From a bacterium (GTDB lineage: Bacteria; Hinthialibacterota; Hinthialibacteria; Hinthialibacterales; Hinthialibacteraceae), in NCBI GenBank assembly GCA_963662285.2, contig CAXXMV010000002.1, positions 736,001-800,000 of the forward strand: a stretch of 64,000 bases of DNA, in the 5' to 3' direction. Shown one piece after another: positions 11,299 to 22,246 of the stretch. Position 1 is the first letter of the stretch. Each line of letters begins with the position of its first letter. The notes under the pieces are model-generated. The model searched no databases. It was not told where the DNA came from and saw only the letters and a program-made list of their open reading frames with translations. Both the position numbers and the translations under genes were made by a program.

Positions 11299-12195
11299 TT
11301 ACCTTTTATAGTTCTCTGCGACATATTTGATGCACTTGTGAATGGATGTGAAATCAAATGAAAGGAATGATCTAATATAATCACAATTCATATTCGTTTT
11401 TTTCGGTCTTTTGAATTTTTCATTCAAATCATCTAACGATATACTTTTCACAAGAGATGTATCTACACCTAAGGCGGATGCAATTCTAATCGCAAGTTCA
11501 TATCTTGTCCAGGTTTCTGGAGAACAGACGTGAAATACACCAACAGCATTGTTCACTTGTAAATTCACAATTGCATGAACGATATCATCAATCAGGATAG
11601 GGCTTAAAATTTGATCATGAGCAGCTTTCACCTCTAATCCTTTTGACAATCGTGAGGCTATTTCATCTATTAAGGTTCCATCTCCTTTTTTAAGATCGAA
11701 GACTTTACCTAGGCGCAGGACTAAATAATTACCTCTAGTAATAATCGATATTTTTTTTTCTACATCGACCTTTTGTTTTCCATATTCATTTAAAGGACCA
11801 AAAAGAGATTTTTCTGTATAATTTCCTTCATGACCATCAAATACGTTATCTGACGAAAAATATATCGGTTTCAGATTGTACTCTGCTAATTGATTGATCA
11901 GAGAAAGAGTACCTGTCACATTGCACAAACGAGTAAATTTAATATTTTCTTCACATGTATTTAGTCCTGTCACTGCTGCAGCAATAACAACATCTTGATA
12001 TCCTGATTCATGCAAATGAAAAGGTGTGATGTCTGGATTTTTAAGATCAAACTCAGGTTTTTGACCAAGTCCCGGCGTAAAAGTCCCCAAACATTCCGAA
12101 TCAAATTTATTATAATAATCAAATAATCGCTGTCCAATAAGACCATCTGCTCCGATTACTGCTGTTTTAACTGGTACAATGCTTTCTGTTTTCAT
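11299..12195 (-). CDS. RmlD-like NDP-4-keto-sugar reductase (SDR)
   Basis: GADGLIG, FSSDNVFDG, PLNEYGKQK. Confidence 0.8.
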   Translation of the reverse strand: MKTESIVPVKTAVIGADGLIGQRLFDYYNKFDSECLGTFTPGLGQKPEFDLKNPDITPFHLHESGYQDVVIAAAVTGLNTCEENIKFTRLCNVTGTLSLINQLAEYNLKPIYFSSDNVFDGHEGNYTEKSLFGPLNEYGKQKVDVEKKISIITRGNYLVLRLGKVFDLKKGDGTLIDEIASRLSKGLEVKAAHDQILSPILIDDIVHAIVNLQVNNAVGVFHVCSPETWTRYELAIRIASALGVDTSLVKSISLDDLNEKFKRPKKTNMNCDYIRSFLSFDFTSIHKCIKYVAENYKR

Positions 12196-12222
12196 AATGT
12201 ATTTTTGATTTGTTAAAATTTG

Positions 12223-12260
12223 TTAGATGTTAACACTGATATTAGATGTTAACACTGATA
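12223..12260. repeat. Perfect 19-bp tandem duplication at the IS4-remnant junction
   Basis: TTAGATGTTAACACTGATA at 12223-12241 and 12242-12260. Confidence 0.9.
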
Positions 12261-13226
12261 CCTGGTTGTCGAAATAAAAAAATGTTGTAACAATAAAAAA
12301 TAAAGCCTTGTTATTTCTGTAATCGATTTAAATTCGGTACTAGGATTTGGTCATTAAATCCAATAATGAGGATGAAATGTCCAATGAATCAAGGTAAAGC
12401 AGTTTTATAACAGTTAATGTGTTGCTTCTACTCTATGATTTCAGAAAATGCGCGAAACGCTACCGTGACATTTATAAAATCCATAGGTTTAACAGCCTAG
12501 ATCAATTTCTTTGTATGACTTTTGCTTAACTTTCCTATCGAGAAAGCCTTCGAGATATTGAAGTCTTTTTGAGATCTATGCAATCTAACTATATCATATG
12601 GGCATCCAGGGAAAAGTCTTCCGAAGTACATTGGCCGATGTCAATGATAATCGTAATTGGCGAATCTACTCAGATTTCACTCATGTTATCACTGGCAAGG
12701 CGCTCATCTTATACGCAGTAGATTCGTTTGGAATAGAACTTAACCAAACTGTTTACGCCCTAGATTTATCCACTATTGATCTATGTCTTGCCGTATTTCC
12801 CCAGGCTAGATTCAGACAAAATATAAAGGCGCAATAAAACTACATACTTTCATGTACCTTCGTAGTAACATTCCTGTATTATTCCAGATCACTGATGGAA
12901 AAGTTCATGATGTAAATATCCTGGACAACCTATCTCCAAAAGCCGGATCGTTATATGTAATGGCTCATTGCCATATCGATTTAGCATGTCTATATCGGTT
13001 CAATCCCAATAACGCCAATTTTTCAATTCGCTTCAAAAGCAACTTCAATTAAACGCAACAGTACTCTCAATAAGTTGATAAGCCTACGGGACTGCGATGT
13101 GACCAAATCATAAAGGTTGCAGACAGAATACTGTCAGTCAAAAAAAATCCCGATAATTTTCCTCTTTTCCCTTAACTCCTTTCTGTAAAACCTTTACATT
13201 CAACAATTAATTACCGGACACTAATG
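12253..13226 (+). mobile_element. Degenerate IS4-family element (DUF4372-type transposase pseudogene)
   Basis: Fragments MNQGK..., RESLRDIE, RSTLAD.N..RNWRIY, VYALDLSTIDLCL, ITDGKVHDVNILD with many stops and frameshifts; right end ...ACCGGACACTAATG. Confidence 0.8.
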
Positions 13227-13237
13227 AAATGTTCATA

Positions 13238-14305
13238 TTAATCCATCTTAACAACTACCCGACCGGCTTCACTGCTACGTACTAAGTCAATCGCCTTGTT
13301 GATATCATCCAGACTGAACTCATCGGTAATCAAACCATCCAAAGTCATTTTCCCAGACTCGATCAAACGGATAAAGCGGGGAATTTCTAGATGCGGGTTG
13401 GAACTGCCCCCATGAGATCCCGTCAGCACTTTCTTAAAATGAAGCGGCAAAGTGTAGATGGATATGTAGTTATCTTTAACTTTTCGCGGCACACCAACCA
13501 GAATCGTCTTTCCGTCTGGATGAGTCAAATTGTATGCCTGCTCGATAATACGAGCATTTCCCGTAGTATCGATAATAACATCCGCGCCCTTTTCACCAAC
13601 AATCTTCAATATTTCTTCATCCAAATTATCTATCTTTTTGGAATTGAAACAATGAGTTGCCCCAAAACGTTTCCCCATTTCAAGTTTGGAATCAACAATA
13701 TCAATCCCGATAATAGGATTCGCTGATACCAGACCAGCCGCTTGAACGACATTCAATCCGACTCCGCCGACTCCGAATACAACAACCGATTGGCCGATTT
13801 TAACTTCTGCGTCATTATTGATAACACCTGTTGCGGTAGTCACGGCACAGCCAAATAGGGGAGCGAGTTTTAAATCGAAACTGCTAGGAATTGGGGTTAA
13901 CCGGTTTTCTGAAATAATGGCATAATTGTTAAACGTTGTGACCCAACCAGCGTTGACCGTCGTTCCGTTCCAATCATATTTGGGTGGATCGCATTGCAAA
14001 CCATCACTGGGGCGCCAGTGCATTACGACTGCATCATCCGGCTTGACCGTCTTGACACCAGGACCGACCTCGAGAACCGTTGCTGAGCCTTCATGCCCAA
14101 GAAGATGAGGAAGGAACCTGTCTGGTCCCTTCGCTCCTTCGATTTCATTAATTTGTGCACCACAGATGCCACTGTAATGGATTTTCACCAAAACCTGCCC
14201 GAAATCTAGTTTGTCAGGCATACTGATTTCAGCTATTTCAAGTGGTTTACGCTGTTCAACCAAAATGGCCGCTTTAAATTTTTTGACTTGCATAGTATCT
14301 CTCAA
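13238..14305 (-). CDS. Zinc-dependent alcohol/sugar dehydrogenase (MDR)
   Basis: GICG, GHEG, FGCAVTT, GVGGVG. Confidence 0.88.
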   Translation of the reverse strand: MRDTMQVKKFKAAILVEQRKPLEIAEISMPDKLDFGQVLVKIHYSGICGAQINEIEGAKGPDRFLPHLLGHEGSATVLEVGPGVKTVKPDDAVVMHWRPSDGLQCDPPKYDWNGTTVNAGWVTTFNNYAIISENRLTPIPSSFDLKLAPLFGCAVTTATGVINNDAEVKIGQSVVVFGVGGVGLNVVQAAGLVSANPIIGIDIVDSKLEMGKRFGATHCFNSKKIDNLDEEILKIVGEKGADVIIDTTGNARIIEQAYNLTHPDGKTILVGVPRKVKDNYISIYTLPLHFKKVLTGSHGGSSNPHLEIPRFIRLIESGKMTLDGLITDEFSLDDINKAIDLVRSSEAGRVVVKMD

Positions 14306-14307
14306 CT

Positions 14308-14970
14308 CTATTCAAAGTAAATAAATTCATAATCACCGGTATATCCAAAATGTCGATACAACCAAATCCATTCTGCTGTATCAAAGAACGATTCAGCCGT
14401 TAAAGCCCAGCATTGCAAATTGAACTGCTCTTCTTCATTCCGGTAGCTTTCCAGCATGATGTATTTCTGCTTACCAACACGCTCCATTTCCTTTAAAGCA
14501 GTTTCTAATTCAAAAATCCGAAGGTTGTGAAAACAACCATTTGAAATAACTAGATCGAAATAATCATCTCCCCATGGATAGCGATCCTGAGCGCGATAGC
14601 GAAATAAATGTTCACGTATCTCTTCTGGCGCATCGGCTAAACCATGACGGGAAATATCAAATCCAATAATAGCCGCTTCTGGAAGAAGTTGCTTCATTTC
14701 ATGAATAATGTACGCTTTACCACATCCAATATCCAAGACTTTGGAATTGTTATCCAGACCATAAATGTCGATATACTCTTGCGCGACGGATTTCCAGCGT
14801 CCATCGTACTTGTATCCGCCATATCCGTAACGGCGGTCACCATCCCAATAGTCAAACTCATATTCTTTGGCTTTCATCATACAATGTACTTTTTCATCGA
14901 TCATGCGCGGTAAATACTCTCGTTTCGCACGTTTGTGCATTTTTGTCATAATATTCATTAAACGGCCCAT
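14308..14970 (-). CDS. Class I SAM-dependent methyltransferase
   Basis: VLDIGCGKA, FDLVIS, DYWDGDRRYGYGGY N-terminal motif. Confidence 0.85.
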   Translation of the reverse strand: MGRLMNIMTKMHKRAKREYLPRMIDEKVHCMMKAKEYEFDYWDGDRRYGYGGYKYDGRWKSVAQEYIDIYGLDNNSKVLDIGCGKAYIIHEMKQLLPEAAIIGFDISRHGLADAPEEIREHLFRYRAQDRYPWGDDYFDLVISNGCFHNLRIFELETALKEMERVGKQKYIMLESYRNEEEQFNLQCWALTAESFFDTAEWIWLYRHFGYTGDYEFIYFE

Positions 14971-15012
14971 GGATGTTCTCCTTGTGGATATTATTTATTT
15001 GTTATATATAAA

Positions 15013-15942
15013 TTAATGGTTCATTAATTGATTTACAACCTTAACGATAGCATCATCCGTGATATCATACCGCTTCATTAAACTATCTTGAGAACCATAT
15101 TGATCTGGAAATACATCAGGGATACCAATTCGCTTAAATCGTGTTCTCATTCCTAAATCCGATTCGATCAATAACTCCGCTATAGCGCTTCCCAATCCTC
15201 CAATAATGGAATGCTCTTCCACCGTAACAACCGCTTTCACATCTTTTGCCCGTTCCAATATAGATTTTTGGTCGAGTGGTTTAATCGTCGGTATATGGAG
15301 AATAGCCGCATCAACTCCTTGTTGGCATAATAACTCAGTTGCTGCCAGAGCAAGTTTTAATGTAATCCCTGTAGTTATTATCAAAGCATCTTTTCCTTCA
15401 CGAATAGGCAAGCCTTTCCCAATTTTAAAGGGAATCTCATCCGTCGTCACGATAGGATCAGTAAATCCCTTACCCATTCGAATATATAAAGGTCCAGGCC
15501 AATCAACAGTCTGGGGTATTAATCTTCGCATTTCATCCGCATCGGCTGGCGCAACAATAGCCATATTGGGTAAAGCACGGAATATGGCGATGTCTTCAAT
15601 AGCCAAATGGGTAGAACCCAAGGGTGCGTATACCATCCCGGCGCCGTTTCCAATCAAACGAACATTGACATTGTGCATACACATATCCATTGCAACTTGT
15701 TCGAAACAACGCCGTGTAATAAATGTGGCAATGGTGTTAACGTAAACAATTTTCCCTTCCATCGCCAAACCCGATGCCATCCCCACAGCATGAGCTTCAT
15801 TGATACCTTCCATGAAAAAACGGTCAGGCATCTCTTCTCGAAACTCTTTTAGCGTTCCAAATCCAAGATCAGAACCAATAAAAAAAATCCGTTCATCTTG
15901 CTTTGCCAATTCGTAAACGAGGTTCAAACAAGTACTCCGCAT
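15013..15942 (-). CDS. Transketolase-like C-terminal subunit (pyrimidine-binding + C-terminal domain)
   Basis: MEGINEAHAVGMASGLA, LGSTHLAIED, TIKPLD, VTVEEHSIIGGLGS. Confidence 0.9.
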   Translation of the reverse strand: MRSTCLNLVYELAKQDERIFFIGSDLGFGTLKEFREEMPDRFFMEGINEAHAVGMASGLAMEGKIVYVNTIATFITRRCFEQVAMDMCMHNVNVRLIGNGAGMVYAPLGSTHLAIEDIAIFRALPNMAIVAPADADEMRRLIPQTVDWPGPLYIRMGKGFTDPIVTTDEIPFKIGKGLPIREGKDALIITTGITLKLALAATELLCQQGVDAAILHIPTIKPLDQKSILERAKDVKAVVTVEEHSIIGGLGSAIAELLIESDLGMRTRFKRIGIPDVFPDQYGSQDSLMKRYDITDDAIVKVVNQLMNH

Positions 15943-16796
15943 TAGTTTCCTTTCAAAGCACCATAGAGAGCCACGATTTCCTCATCTTTCAGGCGGTTTT
16001 TATGATGCCATGTCAAATCATTCTCAACGAAAGGAATCCCTTTCCCTTTCACAGTATGGCAAATAATCGCGGTTGGCCGATCATCATGTAAAGGTATTTG
16101 AGATAAAACAGTTCGGAGTGCTTCAACATCATGACCATTGACATCTATAACCGCAAATCCAAAACTTACCCATTTATCAACCATCGGCTCCAAATTCTGG
16201 ACATAGTATGTTGTATCATAGGATTGCTGTTTATTGTAGTCAATCATCACGCAAAGATTTGATAGATGCCGATTTCCAGCACTTAAAGCAGCCTCCCATA
16301 CTGAACCTTCATTACATTCACCATCCCCAAGAACAACAAATATACGGTGACCAGATTTCGCATATCGCCCATAAGCCGCCATACCCACGCCAATCGGTAA
16401 ACCATGCCCTAATGCTCCGGTTGAAGCTTCTATCCCCGGTACTTTCAAAGCATCTGGATGCCCCCCCAAGATACCATCAGACTGGCAAAATTTCCACAAC
16501 TCACCTTCAGGAAAAAATCCTTTCTCACCTAATAATACATACTGCGCCAAACAACCATGCCCTTTACTCAAAATGCAACGATCCCTCTGATCCCAGTCAG
16601 GATTCTTGGGATCGTATTGTAAAATATCATCATAAAGCACACGGAAAATCTCGATTAGAGAAAAAGTGGCGCCTATATGTCCGCGCTTGCTGCACTCAAG
16701 CATCTGGAGAATTCTTCGGCGAAGTTCTATTGACCGGCCGTCTAGTTGTGTATCCCCGCCAATTTGATTGTCAAGCGAATAACCAGTCCCGCTCAT
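15942..16796 (-). CDS. Transketolase-like N-terminal ThDP-binding subunit
   Basis: DRCILSKGHG, STGALGHG, GDGECNEGSVWEA, HTVKGKG; start MSGTG (16796) preferred over 16817. Confidence 0.9.
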   Translation of the reverse strand: MSGTGYSLDNQIGGDTQLDGRSIELRRRILQMLECSKRGHIGATFSLIEIFRVLYDDILQYDPKNPDWDQRDRCILSKGHGCLAQYVLLGEKGFFPEGELWKFCQSDGILGGHPDALKVPGIEASTGALGHGLPIGVGMAAYGRYAKSGHRIFVVLGDGECNEGSVWEAALSAGNRHLSNLCVMIDYNKQQSYDTTYYVQNLEPMVDKWVSFGFAVIDVNGHDVEALRTVLSQIPLHDDRPTAIICHTVKGKGIPFVENDLTWHHKNRLKDEEIVALYGALKGN

Positions 16797-17820
16797 AATT
16801 GCTTTCCACCTCATCAAGCATTCGATTCACTTTCGCAAGTTGTTCAACGCGTCGGCGCTCTATTTCAATCGATTGTGTAGCTGCAAAATCACGACGGGCA
16901 AGATCCGCCGGTACAAATTCATTCAGTAAAATCATACACCATTTCAGAGCAAATAAAGGATACACCGCCAATAAGCGGTTAGGCAATGCCCCGGAATGGC
17001 CAAAATGGTTTAATAGGCTTTGAACAAACTGCGTCTTTAATTCAAAAGTAATTTCCATTCCTGGATGCAAAACAAAATCTGAAATCATTTTTGCAGGATC
17101 ATCCCATCCAAAATATTCAAAATCCAAAAAAATCAACCGACCCTCTTCACAACGTATCGCATTGTGATATCCAAAATCAGATGGACTCAGAGTTCGTTGT
17201 TCGACGGGAAGCAATTCATCCGTCCGACCGCCTTTTACCTCAATACAATGCCGACTCCATACCTTAATGTACTCGAAAAAATCCTTGATCCGTCCTCCCA
17301 GCAATAGCAACATTTCAGGTACTAACACACCGTCTTCAGGTATGGATTGAAGACGGATAAAACGGCGTTCGAGCACAGCAGTCATAGCATCAAGCGTAAA
17401 ACAAGCCTCCGAAGCGGGATTCAATTGATTCGCTCCAGGCTTATATTTCAATCCTTCCAATTGCACCAAAAACTCGGATGCTTGTTGAATATCATTATCG
17501 GAAATATCTCGGATATCCGCTCTTGTACCATGAACAAACTGGTATAGTGAAAAACCATTATCACGATCACAAAGGATTGGTTCGGGAATCTGTCTAATAC
17601 CATTTTTCCATAGAAAACTCAATCCACCAAATTCAGTTCCCTGTCGATCTCGGGTATCTTCTTTATGAGAATAATAGACCTTTGCTGCAAGATTCCGACC
17701 ATCATCGCAATCCAAGTGATACACTTGCGAATTCCTTCCACCACCAATCCGCTCAAAACTACTTATAGGGACCTCAAGCAGTCTCTCAAAAAGTTGTTGT
17801 AAATAGGCTGTATTATTCAT
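16771..17820 (-). CDS. Aminoglycoside/choline-phosphotransferase (APH) family kinase
   Basis: GGGRNSQVY, LSPSDFGYHN, FLDFEYFGWDDP. Confidence 0.8.
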   Translation of the reverse strand: MNNTAYLQQLFERLLEVPISSFERIGGGRNSQVYHLDCDDGRNLAAKVYYSHKEDTRDRQGTEFGGLSFLWKNGIRQIPEPILCDRDNGFSLYQFVHGTRADIRDISDNDIQQASEFLVQLEGLKYKPGANQLNPASEACFTLDAMTAVLERRFIRLQSIPEDGVLVPEMLLLLGGRIKDFFEYIKVWSRHCIEVKGGRTDELLPVEQRTLSPSDFGYHNAIRCEEGRLIFLDFEYFGWDDPAKMISDFVLHPGMEITFELKTQFVQSLLNHFGHSGALPNRLLAVYPLFALKWCMILLNEFVPADLARRDFAATQSIEIERRRVEQLAKVNRMLDEVESNYERDWLFA

Positions 17821-18440
17821 CCTTGATTTTCAAATAGGAAATCGTAAATCTCGGCCCATGAACTGCATATCCTAATTCCCGTTCTCTGCTTATAACGTAG
17901 ATGAGGATCAAACAGGATTTTCTGCACCTCAGAAGGAAATGATGGCTCAAGATATGTTTCTTCAAGATCATCGATAAAAACAGTACATCCCAAGTGTTTG
18001 ATACGGTTAATTTTCTTTTCACGCGCTGATTCAAAAAAAACTCTTTCACGGCTCATACCTAAAACATTCGGATCGAAAAATCCCTGACTGTCCAACCATT
18101 GTAAAGCCGCAGTCCTAAGATTGGTATATGTCAGATCATAATTTGCATGTTCAGTTTTATGACTCACAATAAACACATCAATACATTTTTGTTTGCATGT
18201 CTGAAATAACGCATCAACACCCGGAATAAGTTGGGCTTCAGGCATCCGGGGACCGTAAATTTCAGCTTGCAATTTTTGCCATTCGATCTCTCCATTTGGG
18301 ATCAACCGAATCGCATCACGTATAGCTTTTTTTTCAGAATTCACTTCTGGGCTAATCAAATCCCGCTCTACAGCAATCCTATAGAAAACTTCGTCATAAC
18401 TGACTATCGTATTATCTAAATCAACACCAATCGATCCCAT
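17817..18440 (-). CDS. HAD-superfamily hydrolase
   Basis: IGVDLDNTIV motif I, VSHK, FIDDL motif IV. Confidence 0.8.
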   Translation of the reverse strand: MGSIGVDLDNTIVSYDEVFYRIAVERDLISPEVNSEKKAIRDAIRLIPNGEIEWQKLQAEIYGPRMPEAQLIPGVDALFQTCKQKCIDVFIVSHKTEHANYDLTYTNLRTAALQWLDSQGFFDPNVLGMSRERVFFESAREKKINRIKHLGCTVFIDDLEETYLEPSFPSEVQKILFDPHLRYKQRTGIRICSSWAEIYDFLFENQG

Positions 18441-18471
18441 AAGTAAATACCTTTTCTATTATATTTAATAA

Positions 18472-19149
18472 TTAGGATTTTTGGGGATCGACACCAAGAA
18501 TCCAGATAAAATGAGCCATAGATGCAAATCCAGTATGAATCATCTCATCATTCATTGAAAAGAAGAATACATTGTGGAAATAGGCAAATCCTAATTCCAT
18601 TAATGTATCATAACATTTCAAGTTTATATGTCATTCCCTGTACCAGTTGTTCGCATATTGATCAGCCGTAATATTCTGTGTTCCAATAAGGCAAACACCT
18701 TTATCATTCAGCGAATCAATCAGGTAACTCATGAACGCAGCTTCTTCATCGTGGAAAATATGCTCGATGGTATCAATCAAATATATAGCGTCCATTAAGT
18801 GGGGAAAAAGGATTTTAAGAAAATCGAGATATTCGTAGGATGTATTTTTACAAAATGACATCCTCTTGCGATTGTCGACAAGTAAGTCTTCATTGATATC
18901 TGTACAGATTAACTCATCGACTAACTGGGCGACAATCTCACTGCCATATCCGTCCCCACACCCGATCTCCAACACTTTTTTTTGGCCCTTCAACATTCGG
19001 GCGCAAAATTTATAGCGCGATGAGATGAAACTCTTCCGAATTGGATATTGCATATAAGCCTGCGTTGTATACAGACTCATCTTGATCGGATCAGGCCGTA
19101 TTTTTTGATCGATATATAACCAGAGTTCTTTCGAGTCAGATTGATTCAT
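18472..19149 (-). pseudogene. Class I methyltransferase with one in-frame TGA (third paralog of the 9930/10600 genes)
   Basis: After TGA at 18631-18633 the same frame continues HINLK...YFHNVFFFSMNDEMIHTGF...QKS to TAA at 18472; TGA sits where paralogs have Gly (GHVN). Confidence 0.85.
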
Positions 19150-19182
19150 TACCAATACCTTTAATAGGGTAGCATTTAATGA

Positions 19183-20178
19183 TTATTTCATATTGATGGC
19201 TTGCATCATTTTAATATTGAAATATCGTTTATCTTCCATAGAATCAGGAATCTTATTATCTTTGAACGCTTGGAATAAATCTTGAATGGCATCTTCGATT
19301 GTGTGGGACGGCTCGAATCCAAGTTCGTTCTTGATTTTATCTGAATTCACTCTATATGAACGATTATCATCCGTTGGCGTCGTTACAATATCAACATCAT
19401 CTCCAATAATATCCTGTACCATTTTTGCGATTTCTTTTACTTTATAATTCTGATAACCCGCATTGTATATTTTACCATTGATATCCTCATCCACCCACAC
19501 CAATGTTTTGAGATATAGATCAGTCATATCTTCAATATGAAGATTAGGCCGTTGTTGTTCTCCGCCGAAAACTTTGATCACTCGATTGTTGTATGCATGA
19601 TTTGAAAGAATGTTGACGGTCAGATCAAGACGCAATCGTGGAGAATACCCGCAAACCGTTGCTGGACGCAATGTCAACGCAACCATATCTCCTTTATTCT
19701 CATTTAGATATTCTTCACACATCATTTTGTATTTTGAATAATCAGTTAAAGGTTCCAAAGGTAAGTCTTCAGTGACATGCTCCTCATCTTTAATACCATA
19801 AACACTGGATGAAGATGCATAGATAAAACGCTTGACACCACTCTCCCTAGAAACATTTGCTAAATCGATAAACGCATCATAATTAATCGATTTGCCTAAT
19901 TCAGGATCCAATTCAAAACTAGGATCATTAGAAATACAAGCGAGATGGATAACTGCATCACTACCAGGAATAACTCTCTCAAGCAATGCTCTGTCCCGCA
20001 TATCGCCTTTTATAGTTTCTAATTTTGGATCGTCCTTCACCGCATTAAAAATATCTTCACCGTATAAAAAAAGGTCCAAAACACGTACATGATAACCTTG
20101 GTTCAATAATTTAGGTACAAGAACTGATCCCACATATCCCGCACCACCTGTAACAAACACAGTCTTGAATTTATTCAT
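19183..20178 (-). CDS. NAD-dependent nucleotide-sugar epimerase/dehydratase (extended SDR)
   Basis: TGGAGYVG, HLACISND, SSSSVYG, YSKYK. Confidence 0.9.
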   Translation of the reverse strand: MNKFKTVFVTGGAGYVGSVLVPKLLNQGYHVRVLDLFLYGEDIFNAVKDDPKLETIKGDMRDRALLERVIPGSDAVIHLACISNDPSFELDPELGKSINYDAFIDLANVSRESGVKRFIYASSSSVYGIKDEEHVTEDLPLEPLTDYSKYKMMCEEYLNENKGDMVALTLRPATVCGYSPRLRLDLTVNILSNHAYNNRVIKVFGGEQQRPNLHIEDMTDLYLKTLVWVDEDINGKIYNAGYQNYKVKEIAKMVQDIIGDDVDIVTTPTDDNRSYRVNSDKIKNELGFEPSHTIEDAIQDLFQAFKDNKIPDSMEDKRYFNIKMMQAINMK

Positions 20179-20238
20179 CTTTATTCTCCATGCTTTTTAC
20201 TATATTGTTAATAGTTTTTTTTCTGATTTCTTTATGAA

Positions 20239-21765
20239 TTATTTTAGAAGCGCCGTTATATATTTTTTTACACTCATTTTATCAATATCTTTTTCATTAC
20301 CGATAATTCCCACTGCAAGACCGCCAAAAATATTCCCGATAAATCCAATCAGTTCGTCATCACACTCACAAACGGCTATCAATGATGAAATCGCAAAGAA
20401 TACTTCTCCAACACCAACCCGGTCAACAACACTTGTAGCAAATGCGGGTATAGCAACAAAATCCCCATTCTGCTTTCTTACCTCACACCCTCGTTGACCG
20501 CGTGTGATGACAAGTGAAGAACATTTCATTTTTTCGGCTAATGCTTTCATAGCATTTCGCAAATCGCTGGCTTTTTCTCGTGTCTCCATACGGAAATCCT
20601 GTTCTCCTAAACAGACAAAATCTGCTTTGGGGTACTGGCTGATTGAATGAAATCCGCGATTTGCAGCACTGGTTTGAGTATTTATTGCTAAATACTTGGC
20701 ACCCTCACATAAAACCTGTATGACACGATCACTTATCACGTCATACCCAAAATCGGCTACTACTACTAAATCATATTTAGGTAATTGATTTTTCAACAAT
20801 TCACACAACTCTTCAACCTTCTTTTCAGGAAGTCCTGAATTGTTCATGATATTAACTTCTAAAAGTTTATTGAATGAATAGTTATCTATATATCGCCTTT
20901 TCATTGTCGTCGGAGCATCAGGCTTCATCAGAAAATACGGGGAAACATTCGAGTGAAGATTCTTCCGAATCAATTCTTCTTGAGGATCTGCCTCACCAAG
21001 GACAGTTATCAAATCAACTTTATCTGCAAAATTCGCGATCTGATTAGCAACTGCCAATCCCCCTCCCGAAAAAACATCATTTGATTTGTAGTGCAATGTT
21101 AAAATCGGATCTTTATTGGACTTTCCAATCGGTTCACAGTATTGGTAGTCGTCAAGAATAGTGTCACCGATAACCAATACTTTAATAGAAGACAATTGTT
21201 CCAGCGTATCATGAACATTTTCTATACTATAGCGCTTTGTAAAAAAATTCAGATACTCTTGTGTTTCTTTGGGGCGTTCGGAGAGAAACCGGTTGATTAG
21301 ATTGGAAGAACTGAAAACAATATCTTCAGTAAAGACCATTTCCGCTCCAATTTCATCAACCACCTCAAGTTCAAGACCTATCTTCCCTGTATAATCAGAC
21401 TGTATCCCCTTAAATTCGGAACCTTTGACATAATAATTAGGCCGCAACACCCGCAATAATTCTACAGCCGTTTCCCAATTATTGAGTGCGACATAATCTA
21501 CTTCCGCAAGAGACGCAATGGCTTCCACCCGTAACTCCTCATGAAAAGCGGGCCGCCCAGGTCCTTTATCAACAAAACAATCCGGTGTCAGAGTCACAAC
21601 CAATACATCACCGAATTTCCTAGCTTGCCGGAAATATCGAATATGACCGATATGCAACAAGTCGAAAACACCATGACAATGAACGATTTTTTTCCCATCC
21701 TCACGTAATTTCTTGGTTATTTCCACAAGTTCATAGACATTTTTAATCTTCGCTGCCACAGTCAT
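20239..21765 (-). CDS. Bifunctional cytidylyltransferase-like + PfkB-family sugar kinase (HldE/RfaE-related, reversed domain order)
   Basis: N-terminal HGVFDLLHIGH, KGPGRP; C-terminal VLVIGDTILD, DRVGVGE; start MTVAAK chosen. Confidence 0.85.
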   Translation of the reverse strand: MTVAAKIKNVYELVEITKKLREDGKKIVHCHGVFDLLHIGHIRYFRQARKFGDVLVVTLTPDCFVDKGPGRPAFHEELRVEAIASLAEVDYVALNNWETAVELLRVLRPNYYVKGSEFKGIQSDYTGKIGLELEVVDEIGAEMVFTEDIVFSSSNLINRFLSERPKETQEYLNFFTKRYSIENVHDTLEQLSSIKVLVIGDTILDDYQYCEPIGKSNKDPILTLHYKSNDVFSGGGLAVANQIANFADKVDLITVLGEADPQEELIRKNLHSNVSPYFLMKPDAPTTMKRRYIDNYSFNKLLEVNIMNNSGLPEKKVEELCELLKNQLPKYDLVVVADFGYDVISDRVIQVLCEGAKYLAINTQTSAANRGFHSISQYPKADFVCLGEQDFRMETREKASDLRNAMKALAEKMKCSSLVITRGQRGCEVRKQNGDFVAIPAFATSVVDRVGVGEVFFAISSLIAVCECDDELIGFIGNIFGGLAVGIIGNEKDIDKMSVKKYITALLK

Positions 21766-22246
21766 AACCCTATATGTGCCTCCATTGCGCTTGCTGATTT
21801 CTAGCAAATTAAATAAAAACAAAAGGAAGAGAGATACAAAAACATTTCACACTAAAAAAATAACATTTTTAGTAATTAAGGGTGCAGTAATTCTTATCTA
21901 TATACTCCAATTTTCATCTGAGATACTATTAAATAAAAATATGAATAGATACTTTTATTCATAAATTATAGAGTACTATTGATCTTTTGTAACCCTTTAG
22001 CCGAATGAAGAGAATATGTTTTGTAGCCCTTTACGAAATTCTCAATTTTAGTTTATTTTTTTGTAGTATTTTATTATTCTTTTTTCATTCGGTTGAGATT
22101 ATGTACGCATCCGCCCAGCAACGCGCGCAGGATTTGTAGAAAAAAAGCCGTTTGATCAGCGAAATTAGAATTCCCTCCCGCATTGACTCACTTATTTTGT
22201 TACAGAATATACTGTACACCAAAATTCGGACAGGCATCTAAGGTAG

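Noticed and set aside
15206-16798. Long antisense ORFs (179 aa, 196 aa) opposite the transketolase subunits
   Set aside because: Shadow frames of well-conserved genes with no motifs; the same applies to most short ORFs in the track (e.g. 48213..48710, 63472..63771)
22100-22200. GC-richer patch GTACGCATCCGCCCAGC... resembling an IS66-type end; similar weak IS-end hints at ~3245-3275 and ~5460-5480
   Set aside because: No partner IR or transposase remnant identified
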